A DNA stretch of 64,000 nucleotides from a virus, in UHGV virus genome UHGV-0092003. The stretch is one strand, 5' to 3'. Positions within the stretch are counted from its first letter, which is position 1. The number at the start of each line of letters is the position of its first letter. The notes under the pieces were generated by a model that was not told where the DNA came from, searched no databases, and was given only the letters and a program-made list of their open reading frames with translations. Shown here in pieces: positions 36,936 through 46,278 of this stretch. The position numbers and the translations under genes were made by a program.

Positions 36936-37391
36936 ATGAAAACCGACTTTAGCAAATTTCCGTCAATTAGCGGCAGTAACAGCTATTCGATGCTGTGCGA
37001 GGAACTTCTAATCAACGGATCACCGACGCGCTCTTCCTATACGGTGTGTCAGCACACCGTACTGGCATTTAAAGAGAATCGACTCCCGCCTGGTTCATTC
37101 GATTCGTGCGCGACAGCCATTCGTGCCGGCAAGTGTCGTGCGGTCAAGATGATGTTGGAAGAAGTTAAAACAGGTGAGCGTATTTACTTCATCGATGGCC
37201 TCGAAGAGATGCGTAAGCTGAGAGAGGAGATTGAGAGTCGTTCAGCTGAAAGCGCAACGCGCAACAAGCGTGCCGCGACGTTTGGTTCAAGAATGATGCC
37301 AAAGCCGGAAACCAAAAAACCAACCGTTCTCGTCGACATTTATGCCGAGGCGGTAAACGCAGAAGTTAATAAAACAGAGGAAAACACATGA
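36936..37391 (+). CDS. hypothetical protein (151 aa)
   Basis: ORF in the co-directional operon. Confidence 0.4.
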   Translation: MKTDFSKFPSISGSNSYSMLCEELLINGSPTRSSYTVCQHTVLAFKENRLPPGSFDSCATAIRAGKCRAVKMMLEEVKTGERIYFIDGLEEMRKLREEIESRSAESATRNKRAATFGSRMMPKPETKKPTVLVDIYAEAVNAEVNKTEENT

Positions 37392-37858
37392 GTCAGTTCG
37401 AGCCGCAAGTAGGCCAATTATGCCAGATGATTTACACCAACGCGGACGTTCCGCAATGGGTTAACTGCTTTCCAAAGGCAGTATCGCCACATGGTATTGC
37501 TGTGAGCATTGACGTTGTCAACGAAGGTGAAAGAACACTCTGGTTTGATAGCTTCCAGATTAATCGCAACATCGTTTTCCGCCCGATCGTTCCTGAAAGT
37601 AAGCTGTGGGCCGCTAAGGACTCTGACGATGTCTACGAGATGGTATGCCTTAGCAACGTGCTTACCGCTAAGCCCGGTTTCCCTCTGACTGTCATTTTCA
37701 AAAACAAAGACAATGAGATTTTCTCCATGGATGCCGTCGATTTTCTGGATAACTACGAACCTAAGCCGAGTGATTTACCGATGGCAGAGCAAAGCGATCA
37801 GTGCGACATCCTCGATTCTCAGGATGAGCCTGTTGTTGTTGCGGGAGAGCTTCAATAA
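37388..37858 (+). CDS. hypothetical protein (156 aa)
   Basis: RBS GAGGAAAACACATG. Confidence 0.45.
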   Translation: MSQFEPQVGQLCQMIYTNADVPQWVNCFPKAVSPHGIAVSIDVVNEGERTLWFDSFQINRNIVFRPIVPESKLWAAKDSDDVYEMVCLSNVLTAKPGFPLTVIFKNKDNEIFSMDAVDFLDNYEPKPSDLPMAEQSDQCDILDSQDEPVVVAGELQ

Positions 37859-39186
37859 TGGAAAAGCTGATTGCTCTGCGTGGGAAACTGGACGCCATTA
37901 AAGCGATGGGAACCAATGCCAAAAAGGTCGCTCTGGCTGAACTGGATGCGTTTGAACAGGAAATGGTATCCATGATGCTCAACCCGTTCATCCGATTCGG
38001 CGTGAAGAAGTACAAGGTGGCAGAACCGGCGCTGGAGAATAAAATCTGCGATGAAGATGCTATCCAGATCCTGTGCTCGCTGGCCGACCGTCGAATTTCC
38101 GGTGGCGCCGCTGTCGCAACGGTAGAACAGGCGATATCTGACATGACGGCGGAAGGTCAAGACGTCTTCCGTCGCTTCCTGATTAAAGACCCAAAGGCCG
38201 GCATCGGCATTAGCCTGTGCAATAAGATTTTCGACAATCCAATCCCGGTGTTCGAGGTCCAGCTGGCTACGTCGTACAAAGAAAAAGGCGACAAATTCCC
38301 GTTCAAGGAAAACCCGAAAGCCAAATTCCCGATGATTGCCAGTCTCAAGCTGGACGGAATGCGCGTCATTGCCGAAGTCATCGTTGACGAGGAAGAGGTT
38401 AACTTCCTGTCCCGTACCGGCAACCCGGTAACGTCTCTCGACCATCTGAAGCCAGCAATGTTGGATCTGGCCCGACAGACGCCGCATAACCATATCTTCT
38501 TTGATGGTGAAGCGACGGCCGGCTCTTTTAATGACTCCATCTCAGCGCTGCGCAAAAAGGGAGTTTCAGCCATTGGGGCGGTGTTCCATATCTTCGATTA
38601 CTTCTTGCCGGAATGGAAAGCCATTGCCAAAACGAAGGAGTACAAAAAGACCGGCCGCATCCTGAAAGATCGCCATATCGATTTGTGCAGCTGGACTAAC
38701 TGGAAACGTCGACCGGACAACCAATACAAAGGCGACGTGCGACTTCATGACTTCCAGCTGGTACATAGTCATAAAGAGTTCATCGATTTATTTATGGCGG
38801 CGCTGGACGCTAACGAAGAGGGTTATATGGCAAAAGACCCCTTCTCCGTTTACGAGTTTAAGCGCACCAAAAGCTGGTGGAAGATGAAGGACGAGATCGA
38901 AGCTGACGGCGAGATTATCGGCTTCAAGCCCGGTAAGGAAGATTCGGCATTCGCTCATACGCTCGGCTCAGTGACTATCCGTCTGGAGAACGGCGTGGAA
39001 GTTGAAGCGTCCGGCATAAAGCACATGTACCTGGATGAAATCTGGAACAATCAGGACAAGTATATGGGACGTATCGTGAAGATTAATGCTCACGAAGAGA
39101 CTCCAGACGGCAGTTTGCGTCACCCACGCCTCAAATGGCCATCCTGTCTGCGCGACACTGAAGACCGCATCGGGGATAAGGAATGA
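37858..39186 (+). CDS. ATP-dependent DNA ligase
   Basis: Adenylation motif I KLDGMR (KxDG). Confidence 0.8.
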   Translation: MEKLIALRGKLDAIKAMGTNAKKVALAELDAFEQEMVSMMLNPFIRFGVKKYKVAEPALENKICDEDAIQILCSLADRRISGGAAVATVEQAISDMTAEGQDVFRRFLIKDPKAGIGISLCNKIFDNPIPVFEVQLATSYKEKGDKFPFKENPKAKFPMIASLKLDGMRVIAEVIVDEEEVNFLSRTGNPVTSLDHLKPAMLDLARQTPHNHIFFDGEATAGSFNDSISALRKKGVSAIGAVFHIFDYFLPEWKAIAKTKEYKKTGRILKDRHIDLCSWTNWKRRPDNQYKGDVRLHDFQLVHSHKEFIDLFMAALDANEEGYMAKDPFSVYEFKRTKSWWKMKDEIEADGEIIGFKPGKEDSAFAHTLGSVTIRLENGVEVEASGIKHMYLDEIWNNQDKYMGRIVKINAHEETPDGSLRHPRLKWPSCLRDTEDRIGDKE

Positions 39187-39374
39187 TAAGTGACCTGGTT
39201 GGTTTTGGTTTGTCGACCTTTTTGTTAGGTTTCATTCTGGGTGGAATGTTGTTCGTATCAATAAAGAAGGACAATGTTAAGGCCGGAGTCATGGAGTTCA
39301 GAGGGCGGATTTACAAAATTGTTGATGTGACTTCTGAAGCGAAGGGAATTTACAGCAAGGAGATTGAAGAGTGA
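39183..39374 (+). CDS. small membrane protein
   Basis: N-terminal TM; paralogous to the ORF at 39601. Confidence 0.35.
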   Translation: MISDLVGFGLSTFLLGFILGGMLFVSIKKDNVKAGVMEFRGRIYKIVDVTSEAKGIYSKEIEE

Positions 39375-39586
39375 TCCAATTAAACAAATTGGAAAAGAGC
39401 ACGCTTCGAGAGATAAGCCAGTGGGAGAATTTTTACGAACACTGGCGCCCGAAGACTCGTGCAAAACTGGAGCGGATGGGGTTCGTTGAAAATATCGCCC
39501 CTGAAGGGAAACAAAAGAATTTTCAGCTGACGACCAGAGGTAAGACTGTTCTGGCTGAACTTGTCAACGCAGGAGCTTTTAGTTGA
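39371..39586 (+). CDS. hypothetical 71-aa protein
   Basis: ORF with coupled start. Confidence 0.3.
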   Translation: MIQLNKLEKSTLREISQWENFYEHWRPKTRAKLERMGFVENIAPEGKQKNFQLTTRGKTVLAELVNAGAFS

Positions 39587-39600
39587 TCCCATATCTTTTG

Positions 39601-39741
39601 ATGGGAGCTATCGCCGGGTTTTTACTCGGCGTAGTTGTTACCCACGATTTGATTAAGCAGGAAATTAAAACTGGCGTCATTTGCTTTGGGCGCCGTGTAT
39701 ATCGAGTGGTTCACTCGACTGACATAAGGAATAAAAAATGA
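39601..39741 (+). CDS. small membrane protein (46 aa), paralog of 39183 ORF
   Basis: Shared pattern IK…GV.EF.GR.Y+.V. Below the ORF-track size cut-off. Confidence 0.3.
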   Translation: MGAIAGFLLGVVVTHDLIKQEIKTGVICFGRRVYRVVHSTDIRNKK

Positions 39742-39980
39742 ACGATCATATCTTGGCAGTATTTATTTTGGCGTGTGTCTTTTTTTCAACCGGTAAGGTG
39801 GTGAGCTGGGTCATCGATGTCGTTATGGCAAAATTCGTATCTGGCAACAAACAGTTATCTAGTGCGGTTTCGAAGTTAATCAGTGTTGCCTCGCTTCATT
39901 TTGGTAGCATTGAGAAAGATAAAGAGTATTCAGTAAAAACAAGCGGTTACACCATAACCATTCAAAAAAACAAAAAATAA
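39738..39980 (+). CDS. small membrane protein (80 aa)
   Basis: N-terminal TM segment. Confidence 0.35.
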   Translation: MNDHILAVFILACVFFSTGKVVSWVIDVVMAKFVSGNKQLSSAVSKLISVASLHFGSIEKDKEYSVKTSGYTITIQKNKK

Positions 39981-39985
39981 GATAA

Positions 39986-40001
39986 ATAAGTGTTTACTTA
40001 T
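39986..40001. promoter_or_regulatory. family-A palindrome ATAAGT-GTTT-ACTTAT
   Basis: Perfect 6-bp half-sites with a 4-bp spacer. Confidence 0.4.
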
Positions 40002-40343
40002 CTATAAGTTTTCACTAAGATTAACTCGTTTTCGACGTTAAGCGACTTTGCGGTTTTTTAGAAACTGACCAACAAAGTAAATGCAAACGATGATGTAGTT
40101 CTGATGGCGGCTTAACAGCCTATAAGTCAGTGAGGTCTTCCGATTCCTCATTAACAAATTCGGCGCATTGTGGGTACCGAGATGTGATTAATAAATCGGA
40201 ATCTTAAAGAAGTGTTTTGGGTGATGGCCTTTTAGTTTGTCGATTAGCTGTGCATAGCGTCGGCGAGCAAAGTCTGGTGACTTAAAGGTTTATTCCGATG
40301 CCTGGTATGTGAAATGCAAATAGCATATTTGAGGCAGAGGATT

Positions 40344-40371
40344 GCGGGTTCGATTCCCGCGTCACTCTCCC
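40344..40371 (+). other. tRNA 3' fragment (T-arm GCGGG-TTCGATT-CCCGC + acceptor 3' strand), no 5' half
   Basis: Canonical T-arm. No 7-mer within 130 nt upstream can pair with GTCACTC. Confidence 0.4.
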
Positions 40372-40377
40372 ACGTTT

Positions 40378-40454
40378 CAGCTGTTTGGGTGGTTAGGAGT
40401 ATTTTCATTAACCATGTCCCGGTTTCAGTAAGCAACTGACCGCCCAAACAGCTG
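40378..40454 (+). other. long stem-loop (15-bp stem CAGCTGTTTGGGTGG/CCGCCCAAACAGCTG, ~47-nt loop)
   Basis: 14/15 complementary arms inside the 1.1-kb non-coding region. Confidence 0.45.
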
Positions 40455-40774
40455 CGTCGTGTGTGATTACTTAATGTCTCATTTCATCTTGGGTTAATTT
40501 GAAATTGCGACGCAGCGCCTTTCTCAAAGCGTGCAGAAGGTTTTGAGAAAGTGCGTGCTAACGATCGGACTTTCTTCTGCCATTGATAGACTCGTTTAGA
40601 GCTTGATATGTAGGCCATAGCCCAGCCGGAGGTGGCGAACACCGGCAGACTGAGATGTTAGTCGATTGAAGAGGTTTTATCATCGCCTCGATCTTAACTC
40701 CAGACCATCAAATATGCCTCCGCTGTTTGATGACAGGCTCAGTCCGTTTCCTCTTAACGATAAAAGAGGTGCAA

Positions 40775-40857
40775 GCAAACAAAGCAGTCTGGTTGACTGC
40801 GGCCGAGGAAGACGTCTTATCCGGCAGAGAGTGGTTCGATTCCGCTTGTTTGCGCCA
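40775..40857 (+). tRNA. tRNA-like gene with aberrant anticodon arm
   Basis: Perfect acceptor GCAAACA/TGTTTGC. D-stem GCAG/CTGC with GG in the loop. T-arm AGTGG-TTCGATT-CCGCT. Discriminator G plus encoded CCA. The 29-nt region in the anticodon-arm position gives no canonical 5-bp stem with a 7-nt loop. Confidence 0.45.
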
Positions 40858-41118
40858 ACCTAAAGGGTTTTTTCGAGAGTCCTTCAGATTGGATACCCAA
40901 TGCGACCTTGGGTAACTTATCTAAGATGATGTGATTCCATACATCACTTAGTGTCGAGGTCTAAATGGTGCGGCCATCAACCGCATAAACAGCCATTAGA
41001 CCCGAGCCACAAGCCTCGTCTGGCACTAACGTAAAGTGCAAGTGACGTGAAATTCAGGTTGTACGGCCAGAAGAGTAGCGTTGCGAACCATATAAATTAA
41101 ACTACAAAGAGAAAACAC

Positions 41119-41730
41119 ATGTCTGAAGTCAAAAAAGTTATTACCGTAGCTGAGCGTTCCACTAAAGCACTGGTTAAAGTTGTTGCTGACGGCCAAAAGC
41201 TGTTCGCTGATCTGGCCGCTCTGTCTCAGTCAACCGTAACTCTGACTGAAGAAATTGAATTCAAACAAGGTCAGCTGGCCGATATCGAAAACCAGATCGC
41301 CGCATCCGAGCGCGAATCCAAAGCCCAGCTGCGTCTGCGTGTAATCGAAAACGAAGACAAAGTTCTGGCCGAACTGATGAAAGCACGCGGTTATGCTGTT
41401 ATCACTCACGCTGATCTGGATGCACTAAACTCTGAACTGGTCGCGGCCAAAACCGATAACGAGTACGCAGTATCCGAAGCGCGTGAAGCTGGTTATCAGG
41501 CTGCTGCTGCTAAATTTGGCGCTGAAAATCGTGATCTGGTTTCCCAGCACAAAGTTGAGCTGGCAGAGCACAAGGCCCAGGCCACTGCTAAAAACCAACG
41601 CATTTCCGATCTGGAAGCGCAGGTTGCAGAGCTTCGCGGCCAGATCACTGCTGAACGTGAAACCCGTCTCGAAATCGCCAAAGCTGATGCCGGTCGAGCA
41701 GGTGTTGTAGTTAACGCCGGCAAGAACTAA
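41119..41730 (+). CDS. coiled-coil protein, highly expressed codon usage (203 aa)
   Basis: RBS GAGAAAACACATG. Strong bias to major codons. Followed by two terminators. Confidence 0.55.
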   Translation: MSEVKKVITVAERSTKALVKVVADGQKLFADLAALSQSTVTLTEEIEFKQGQLADIENQIAASERESKAQLRLRVIENEDKVLAELMKARGYAVITHADLDALNSELVAAKTDNEYAVSEAREAGYQAAAAKFGAENRDLVSQHKVELAEHKAQATAKNQRISDLEAQVAELRGQITAERETRLEIAKADAGRAGVVVNAGKN

Positions 41731-41856
41731 TTGTGGCCGTAGCCTCTTCGGAGGCTACAGTTTAAAGACTAATGGCGACATTGGCCTTTAAGCTGTACTT
41801 CGACCCACAGCAACCATTGAGCATCACGATAGACACTTTTTAGCGCAAATAATTAA

Positions 41857-41880
41857 AGGAGCCTCGCGGCTCCTTTTTGC
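41857..41880 (+). terminator. rho-independent terminator
   Basis: Stem GGAGCC/GGCTCC with loop TCGC, followed by T5. Confidence 0.65.
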
Positions 41881-41890
41881 TATTTTAAAA

Positions 41891-41910
41891 ATAAGTAATG
41901 ATTTACTTAT
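41891..41910. promoter_or_regulatory. palindrome ATAAGTAA-TGAT-TTACTTAT (family A)
   Basis: Perfect; upstream of phoH. Confidence 0.5.
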
Positions 41911-41960
41911 CTAATGCAGTTATATTTATTGCTACACCTAACCATTTGAAAGGAATCAAA

Positions 41961-42728
41961 ATGGGTACATCACGCAAACATGCGCGTAAGGTAGCGCGTA
42001 AAGCAGTAAAAGAGAATCGTGCGCTCCGTGGCCGTCGTGTTGATTACGTTATTGTCGATGAGCTGACCGACGCTCAGACCCCACGACCAAAGCGAGACAA
42101 TACGCCAGTTGAGGCCCGTAACGAGGCTCAGGCGCATTATCTTATCAGCATCGAAAACAAGCCTCTGACGTTCGCCACCGGTGAAGCCGGCTGCGGCAAA
42201 ACGTTCCTTGCCACGGCTGTCGCCGCACAGAAGCTGTTGGATAAAGACGTCCGCAAAATCATCGTCACTCGCCCCGTATTACAAGCTGACGAAGATCTGG
42301 GCTTCCTTCCGGGCGATGTGGGTGAGAAGTTCGCCCCATACTTCCGCCCCGTCTATGACGTTCTCCAGAAGCGTCTGGGCGCATCCTTCCTCGAATACTG
42401 TCTCAAGCCAGAGATTGCCAAAGTAGAAATCGCCCCGTTCGCTTACATGCGTGGTCGGACGTTCGAAAACGCAGTGGTTATTCTGGATGAAGCGCAAAAC
42501 GTTACACCGTCACAGATGAAGATGTTCCTGACCCGCATGGGTGAGAACGTTACGGTTATCGTGAACGGCGATGTGACGCAGTGTGACCTGCCTGGTAATA
42601 AAGAGTCCGGGCTATCCGACGCACTGCGCCGCTTTAAACCAAACGCGCACGTTGGGTTGATTGAGTTTGAAGCCGACGATTGCGTCCGCTCTGAACTCTG
42701 CAAAGTGGCTTTAAATGCCTATCAATAG
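41961..42728 (+). CDS. phoH: PhoH-like ATPase
   Basis: Walker A GEAGCGKTF and ILDEAQN. Start taken at the ATG with RBS AAAGGAATCAAA. Confidence 0.75.
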   Translation: MGTSRKHARKVARKAVKENRALRGRRVDYVIVDELTDAQTPRPKRDNTPVEARNEAQAHYLISIENKPLTFATGEAGCGKTFLATAVAAQKLLDKDVRKIIVTRPVLQADEDLGFLPGDVGEKFAPYFRPVYDVLQKRLGASFLEYCLKPEIAKVEIAPFAYMRGRTFENAVVILDEAQNVTPSQMKMFLTRMGENVTVIVNGDVTQCDLPGNKESGLSDALRRFKPNAHVGLIEFEADDCVRSELCKVALNAYQ

Positions 42729-42738
42729 GGATATTGAA

Positions 42739-43260
42739 ATGACAAAAGTAAAATTACCGAAATACCAAAGCATCAAAATCGTGGAAGCGGCTAAGATTGC
42801 GAAAATCGAGGGACAGGTAATGCTGTTATCCTTCCGCAAGCATGGAACAAAAGTCGAAGTAGATCAGACTTATCTCGACAAGCACCAGCCTCAAGTTGGC
42901 GGTTATTTCGTCCGCTATGAAAACGGTTATGAGTCCTACTCACCAAAAGAGCCGTTTGAGTCGGGCTATTTATCAGTCGAAACCACTATCCACGCCGCCA
43001 AGACAGGTGCATCTTTTGGCATCGCAATCGAGATGCTGAAAGACGGCCATCGCGTCGCTCGCAAAGGCTGGAACGGCAAAGGTATGTTCTTGCGCATGGT
43101 GTCAGGCAAACAGTACGACGTCGCTTGCGGCATTGCTCGTGATCTGGAGCTGGCGCCCTGGATTGGCATGAAAACAGCTGACGGGAAATTTGTACCATGG
43201 CTGGCGTCCCAAACCGACATGTTGGCTGAGGATTGGGTGATTGTGGAGGTTGCACAGTGA
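42739..43260 (+). CDS. hypothetical protein
   Basis: ATG with RBS AGGGATATTGAA. Confidence 0.4.
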   Translation: MTKVKLPKYQSIKIVEAAKIAKIEGQVMLLSFRKHGTKVEVDQTYLDKHQPQVGGYFVRYENGYESYSPKEPFESGYLSVETTIHAAKTGASFGIAIEMLKDGHRVARKGWNGKGMFLRMVSGKQYDVACGIARDLELAPWIGMKTADGKFVPWLASQTDMLAEDWVIVEVAQ

Positions 43261-43502
43261 AAGACCAACATACCAAAATTAAAGGCTATCGCGATCTTTC
43301 GGCAGAAGAAATCGCGCTGATGAACGAAGGCAAAGAGCTGGCCCAGAAAGTGGGCGAATTTGTCGAGAAACTGGAGCGTGCTGAGTTTGCCAGAAACTCA
43401 CTTCAGTTACCGGATAAACGCTGGCTCGCTATCGGAAAAACCGACCTGCAGAAAGGCTTTATGGCCGTGATCCGCAGCATCGCAAAACCGACCACTTTTT
43501 GA
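43233..43502 (+). CDS. hypothetical 89-aa protein
   Basis: ORF only. Confidence 0.3.
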   Translation: MGDCGGCTVKDQHTKIKGYRDLSAEEIALMNEGKELAQKVGEFVEKLERAEFARNSLQLPDKRWLAIGKTDLQKGFMAVIRSIAKPTTF

Positions 43503-43509
43503 GGCTGAC

Positions 43510-43728
43510 ATGACACCAGAACAGTTTGCATATTGGCTTCAGGGATTCGTTGAGCTTGGCGGCGAGCGTCCAACGGAGGCGCAGTGGGGTAGCATCAAAG
43601 AGCATCTACAAACCGTCTTCAATAAAGTGACGCCACCGGTGCATGTGTCGAATATTGGCATGGCGTTACACAAGCTGGAAGAAGACATCACCAGCCGCGG
43701 TAAAAATATCACATCTTTATCTTGCTAA
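43510..43728 (+). CDS. hypothetical 72-aa protein
   Basis: ORF only. Confidence 0.3.
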   Translation: MTPEQFAYWLQGFVELGGERPTEAQWGSIKEHLQTVFNKVTPPVHVSNIGMALHKLEEDITSRGKNITSLSC

Positions 43729-43982
43729 GGGAAAGCATGAAAATCGTAATTTATGGAAAAGACAGCTGCTCTTACTGCAAACGTGCGGTAGAGTTGGCTA
43801 AGCAGTTAAAATCTCAGGGTCATGGTGACTACGAGTATATCGACATTGTCGAAGCCGGCATTGACGCCGTCGCTCTGGGTGAGTTGGTTGGGAAACCGGT
43901 TCGAACGGTTCCTCAAATCTTCGTTGAGGATGAGCCGATTGGCGGATACACTGATCTAGTCGCATTAATGACTTACCAATAA
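43722..43982 (+). CDS. glutaredoxin (NrdH-like)
   Basis: MKIVIYGKDSCSYCKRA CxxC active site. Confidence 0.75.
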   Translation: MLRESMKIVIYGKDSCSYCKRAVELAKQLKSQGHGDYEYIDIVEAGIDAVALGELVGKPVRTVPQIFVEDEPIGGYTDLVALMTYQ

Positions 43983-43985
43983 CGC

Positions 43986-44018
43986 GAGGCTCCTGAAGGA
44001 GCCTCGTTGCTAATTTTT
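43986..44018 (+). terminator. rho-independent terminator
   Basis: Stem GAGGCTCC/GGAGCCTC with loop TGAA, then a T-run. Confidence 0.6.
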
Positions 44019-44212
44019 CTTAAAATTTCTTCAACTATCAATAATCATAGTTGACACGAAAAATAAACAAAAAACAACGAATTAGACAACATAATCAAGT
44101 TAAAAAAACCTAGAAACAAAATACCAAAATGCATTATTGTATCTATGTGTAATTGAATAATCTCAGATATAAGCGCTTGTTATTATAGAATCACTCAAGG
44201 AGAGGCAAGGAA

Positions 44213-44743
44213 ATGCATACGCACAGCAAACAATCTAAACATTGCGGCTTAAAGTTAGTTAGTCAAAGTGCCCTACTTTCTTTATTAATTCTATCAACTC
44301 AAACATTTGCAGCTGGCACAGCTGATCCCGTAACAATGGCGAACAAAGCTGGCTTTACCAACTGTAATTCTCTAATTAGAGATGTGTTTAGATTTTCCAA
44401 AGATGCTCAGGAAATGAGAACAAACACCAGATATAATAACGAAACAGTAAAGGAAACCATTGATATAGATATGTCCTTTGGAAAAACTGGAGACACCATT
44501 GTTCAATCGACTCATTTTGAACGGAGAGGTGGGATGTGTTATGCATATTCTAGCATATCGTTCAATCAGCAAGGTAGTTGCGTCGGTATCATGAGTAAAG
44601 ATGGAAACGAGTATGTTGATGAGAGCGCTGGAACTATTTGGGCCAAGAACAAGCTAGGCGCAATGAGAATTATGACGCAAACAGGAGACGTCTGTACCTC
44701 TAACTTTTTTGCTGCTAATCAGATGAAACAGGATCGTTATTAA
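44213..44743 (+). CDS. secreted protein, AT-rich moron
   Basis: Signal peptide …TFA|AG. Markedly lower GC than neighbours; own AT-rich upstream region and terminator. Confidence 0.5.
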   Translation: MHTHSKQSKHCGLKLVSQSALLSLLILSTQTFAAGTADPVTMANKAGFTNCNSLIRDVFRFSKDAQEMRTNTRYNNETVKETIDIDMSFGKTGDTIVQSTHFERRGGMCYAYSSISFNQQGSCVGIMSKDGNEYVDESAGTIWAKNKLGAMRIMTQTGDVCTSNFFAANQMKQDRY

Positions 44744-44793
44744 ATGCCAGTTCTTATTTAGCAGCTAACATTACATCACTTTATTAATTAAAA

Positions 44794-44816
44794 TGGGGCG
44801 CGAGCCCCTTTTTAAT
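44794..44816 (+). terminator. rho-independent terminator
   Basis: GGGGC-GCGA-GCCCC followed by T5. Confidence 0.65.
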
Positions 44817-44890
44817 TTCATGGACTTCATAAATCCCAATCTATATGATCTATGTCTATCGCAGATAGAAAATATGAGATTTAAATAAAT

Positions 44891-45199
44891 ATGGATAAAA
44901 ATGAAATGCGCAATTTCCTTCTACAGCAAGGTTTTTTGAGAGTGCGGCAGCTGGCCGACGATAGCTGGATAGGTGTGCTTAGGCTGGCATTCACGACATC
45001 AGTTTGCATGGATATTGACGAAGTAACCCCCTTCCGTTATCGCTGGTGTTTCGCCGATCCAGCTGAAGCAAATCACTTTTTCGAGACGGCCGTAGACTAT
45101 GATGAAGTGCCAACTAAGCGCGATTCGTTGAAAGGACATCGGTATGTTGGCGAGCCACTGCTGCGCGAAAAGGATGAGTTCGGGTATGATAAATGGTAA
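44891..45199 (+). CDS. hypothetical 102-aa protein
   Basis: ORF; convergent hairpin downstream. Confidence 0.35.
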   Translation: MDKNEMRNFLLQQGFLRVRQLADDSWIGVLRLAFTTSVCMDIDEVTPFRYRWCFADPAEANHFFETAVDYDEVPTKRDSLKGHRYVGEPLLREKDEFGYDKW

Positions 45200-45215
45200 A
45201 GCCCCGTTAGGGGCT

Positions 45216-45635
45216 TTACTTGACTTTCGGCTCGCATACCTGCCAATGACTTGATACTAATGATATACCAAGATCTAACTCTTTTGGGTCAAATGGATTT
45301 TCATTTCTGAGGCCAGCATTTACCAAAACTAATTCAGTATCACTTTCGGCGTTATACTTAATTCTGCCACCTTTTACAACGGAGTATCTTGCGGCAGCAT
45401 GTGGGTTATTGAATTTGTGACCACTAGACAGTTTAGCTGTCACTGGCCCGACAACACTCAGCTTTCTCATTTCTTTAAGAATGGCGAGGCTTGCATCTAC
45501 ATCTTGCTTAGTGGCGTCAACTGTCTTGCCTTCTAGACGGGCTTCGCGAGCACGGAGCATACGAGCTGCACGTCTATCCAACGCAACCTGCATTGAAGCA
45601 GTGCGTTTAGTAGCATTTTGGCGTTCGTAAGACAT
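45216..45635 (-). CDS. hypothetical protein B of SOS-box-associated two-gene operon
   Basis: Overlaps the upstream ORF by 29 nt. Confidence 0.4.
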   Translation of the reverse strand: MSYERQNATKRTASMQVALDRRAARMLRAREARLEGKTVDATKQDVDASLAILKEMRKLSVVGPVTAKLSSGHKFNNPHAAARYSVVKGGRIKYNAESDTELVLVNAGLRNENPFDPKELDLGISLVSSHWQVCEPKVK

Positions 45636-46071
45636 AACCCCTCCTGTCCGGATCCAGTCCTGTTTCTATCGTGAAGCCGCGTCCTAAATGTCTTGCGACA
45701 AGTCGTTTGTACACAGCTTCTAATTTGTCATTGTCAGGCAAAAAAACGTACATTCCTGCCTTGTATTCATTATAGTGGTCACGAATCGCTCTTTCAACCG
45801 TCCTCATGACGCTGATAGCGCTGACCGTACCTAATTCAGGGCGATCAAAATAGGTTCCATTTGCCAGGTTTTCAGCCAGGTCAAATGAGATCTCCCAGCA
45901 CCCATTAGGGCTAAAAATATACCCTTCAGGGAAAATCACTGAAGAATCAACAAGATTAAATTCTGAAATGCTCTGAAGGTTCAGCTCATACTCATGACCA
46001 TTTGAGAAAAAAATAGCTGTATGGACACGAGAGTAAGCCGAGAACCTCATGGTTGTAAACTGTGTAACCAT
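45607..46071 (-). CDS. hypothetical protein A of SOS-box-associated two-gene operon
   Basis: Divergent from the integrase across the LexA-box-like site. Confidence 0.4.
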   Translation of the reverse strand: MVTQFTTMRFSAYSRVHTAIFFSNGHEYELNLQSISEFNLVDSSVIFPEGYIFSPNGCWEISFDLAENLANGTYFDRPELGTVSAISVMRTVERAIRDHYNEYKAGMYVFLPDNDKLEAVYKRLVARHLGRGFTIETGLDPDRRGYVLRTPKCY

Positions 46072-46196
46072 CTAAACAATTTCCTTTTTTACATAGTTTA
46101 AACCGGAACCGCGGTATTTTTCGACCGAAATTAGCAAAAAAAATGAGGCGCCAATGACCCTGGCAGGATGTCTGTTTTTTGAAAAATCGGCATTTT

Positions 46197-46227
46197 GTGA
46201 TTCCATACTTCTTAGGTATGGAATCAC
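46197..46227. repeat. perfect 12-bp inverted repeat GTGATTCCATAC-N6-GTATGGAATCAC
   Basis: Read directly from the sequence. Confidence 0.6.
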
Positions 46228-46278
46228 TCCAAAAAAACGGTTACTCTGGGTTGACCTTACAGATAAAATACCGTTAAA

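Noticed and set aside
37761-38573. Minus-strand ORFs 37761–38144, 37852–38493 and 38157–38573
   Set aside because: Antisense to the ligase gene, which carries the diagnostic KxDG motif.
40244-40915. Small ORFs 40244–40447(−), 40666–40863(+) and 40727–40915(+) in the tRNA-like region
   Set aside because: They overlap the tRNA-like element and long stem-loops and have no RBS. The region is better explained as structured non-coding RNA.
41898-41960. ORF-track N-terminal extension of phoH (MIYLSNAVIFIATPNHLKGIK…)
   Set aside because: The extension overlaps the family-A palindrome and a terminator. The internal ATG at 41961 has a proper RBS and yields a standard PhoH N-terminus.
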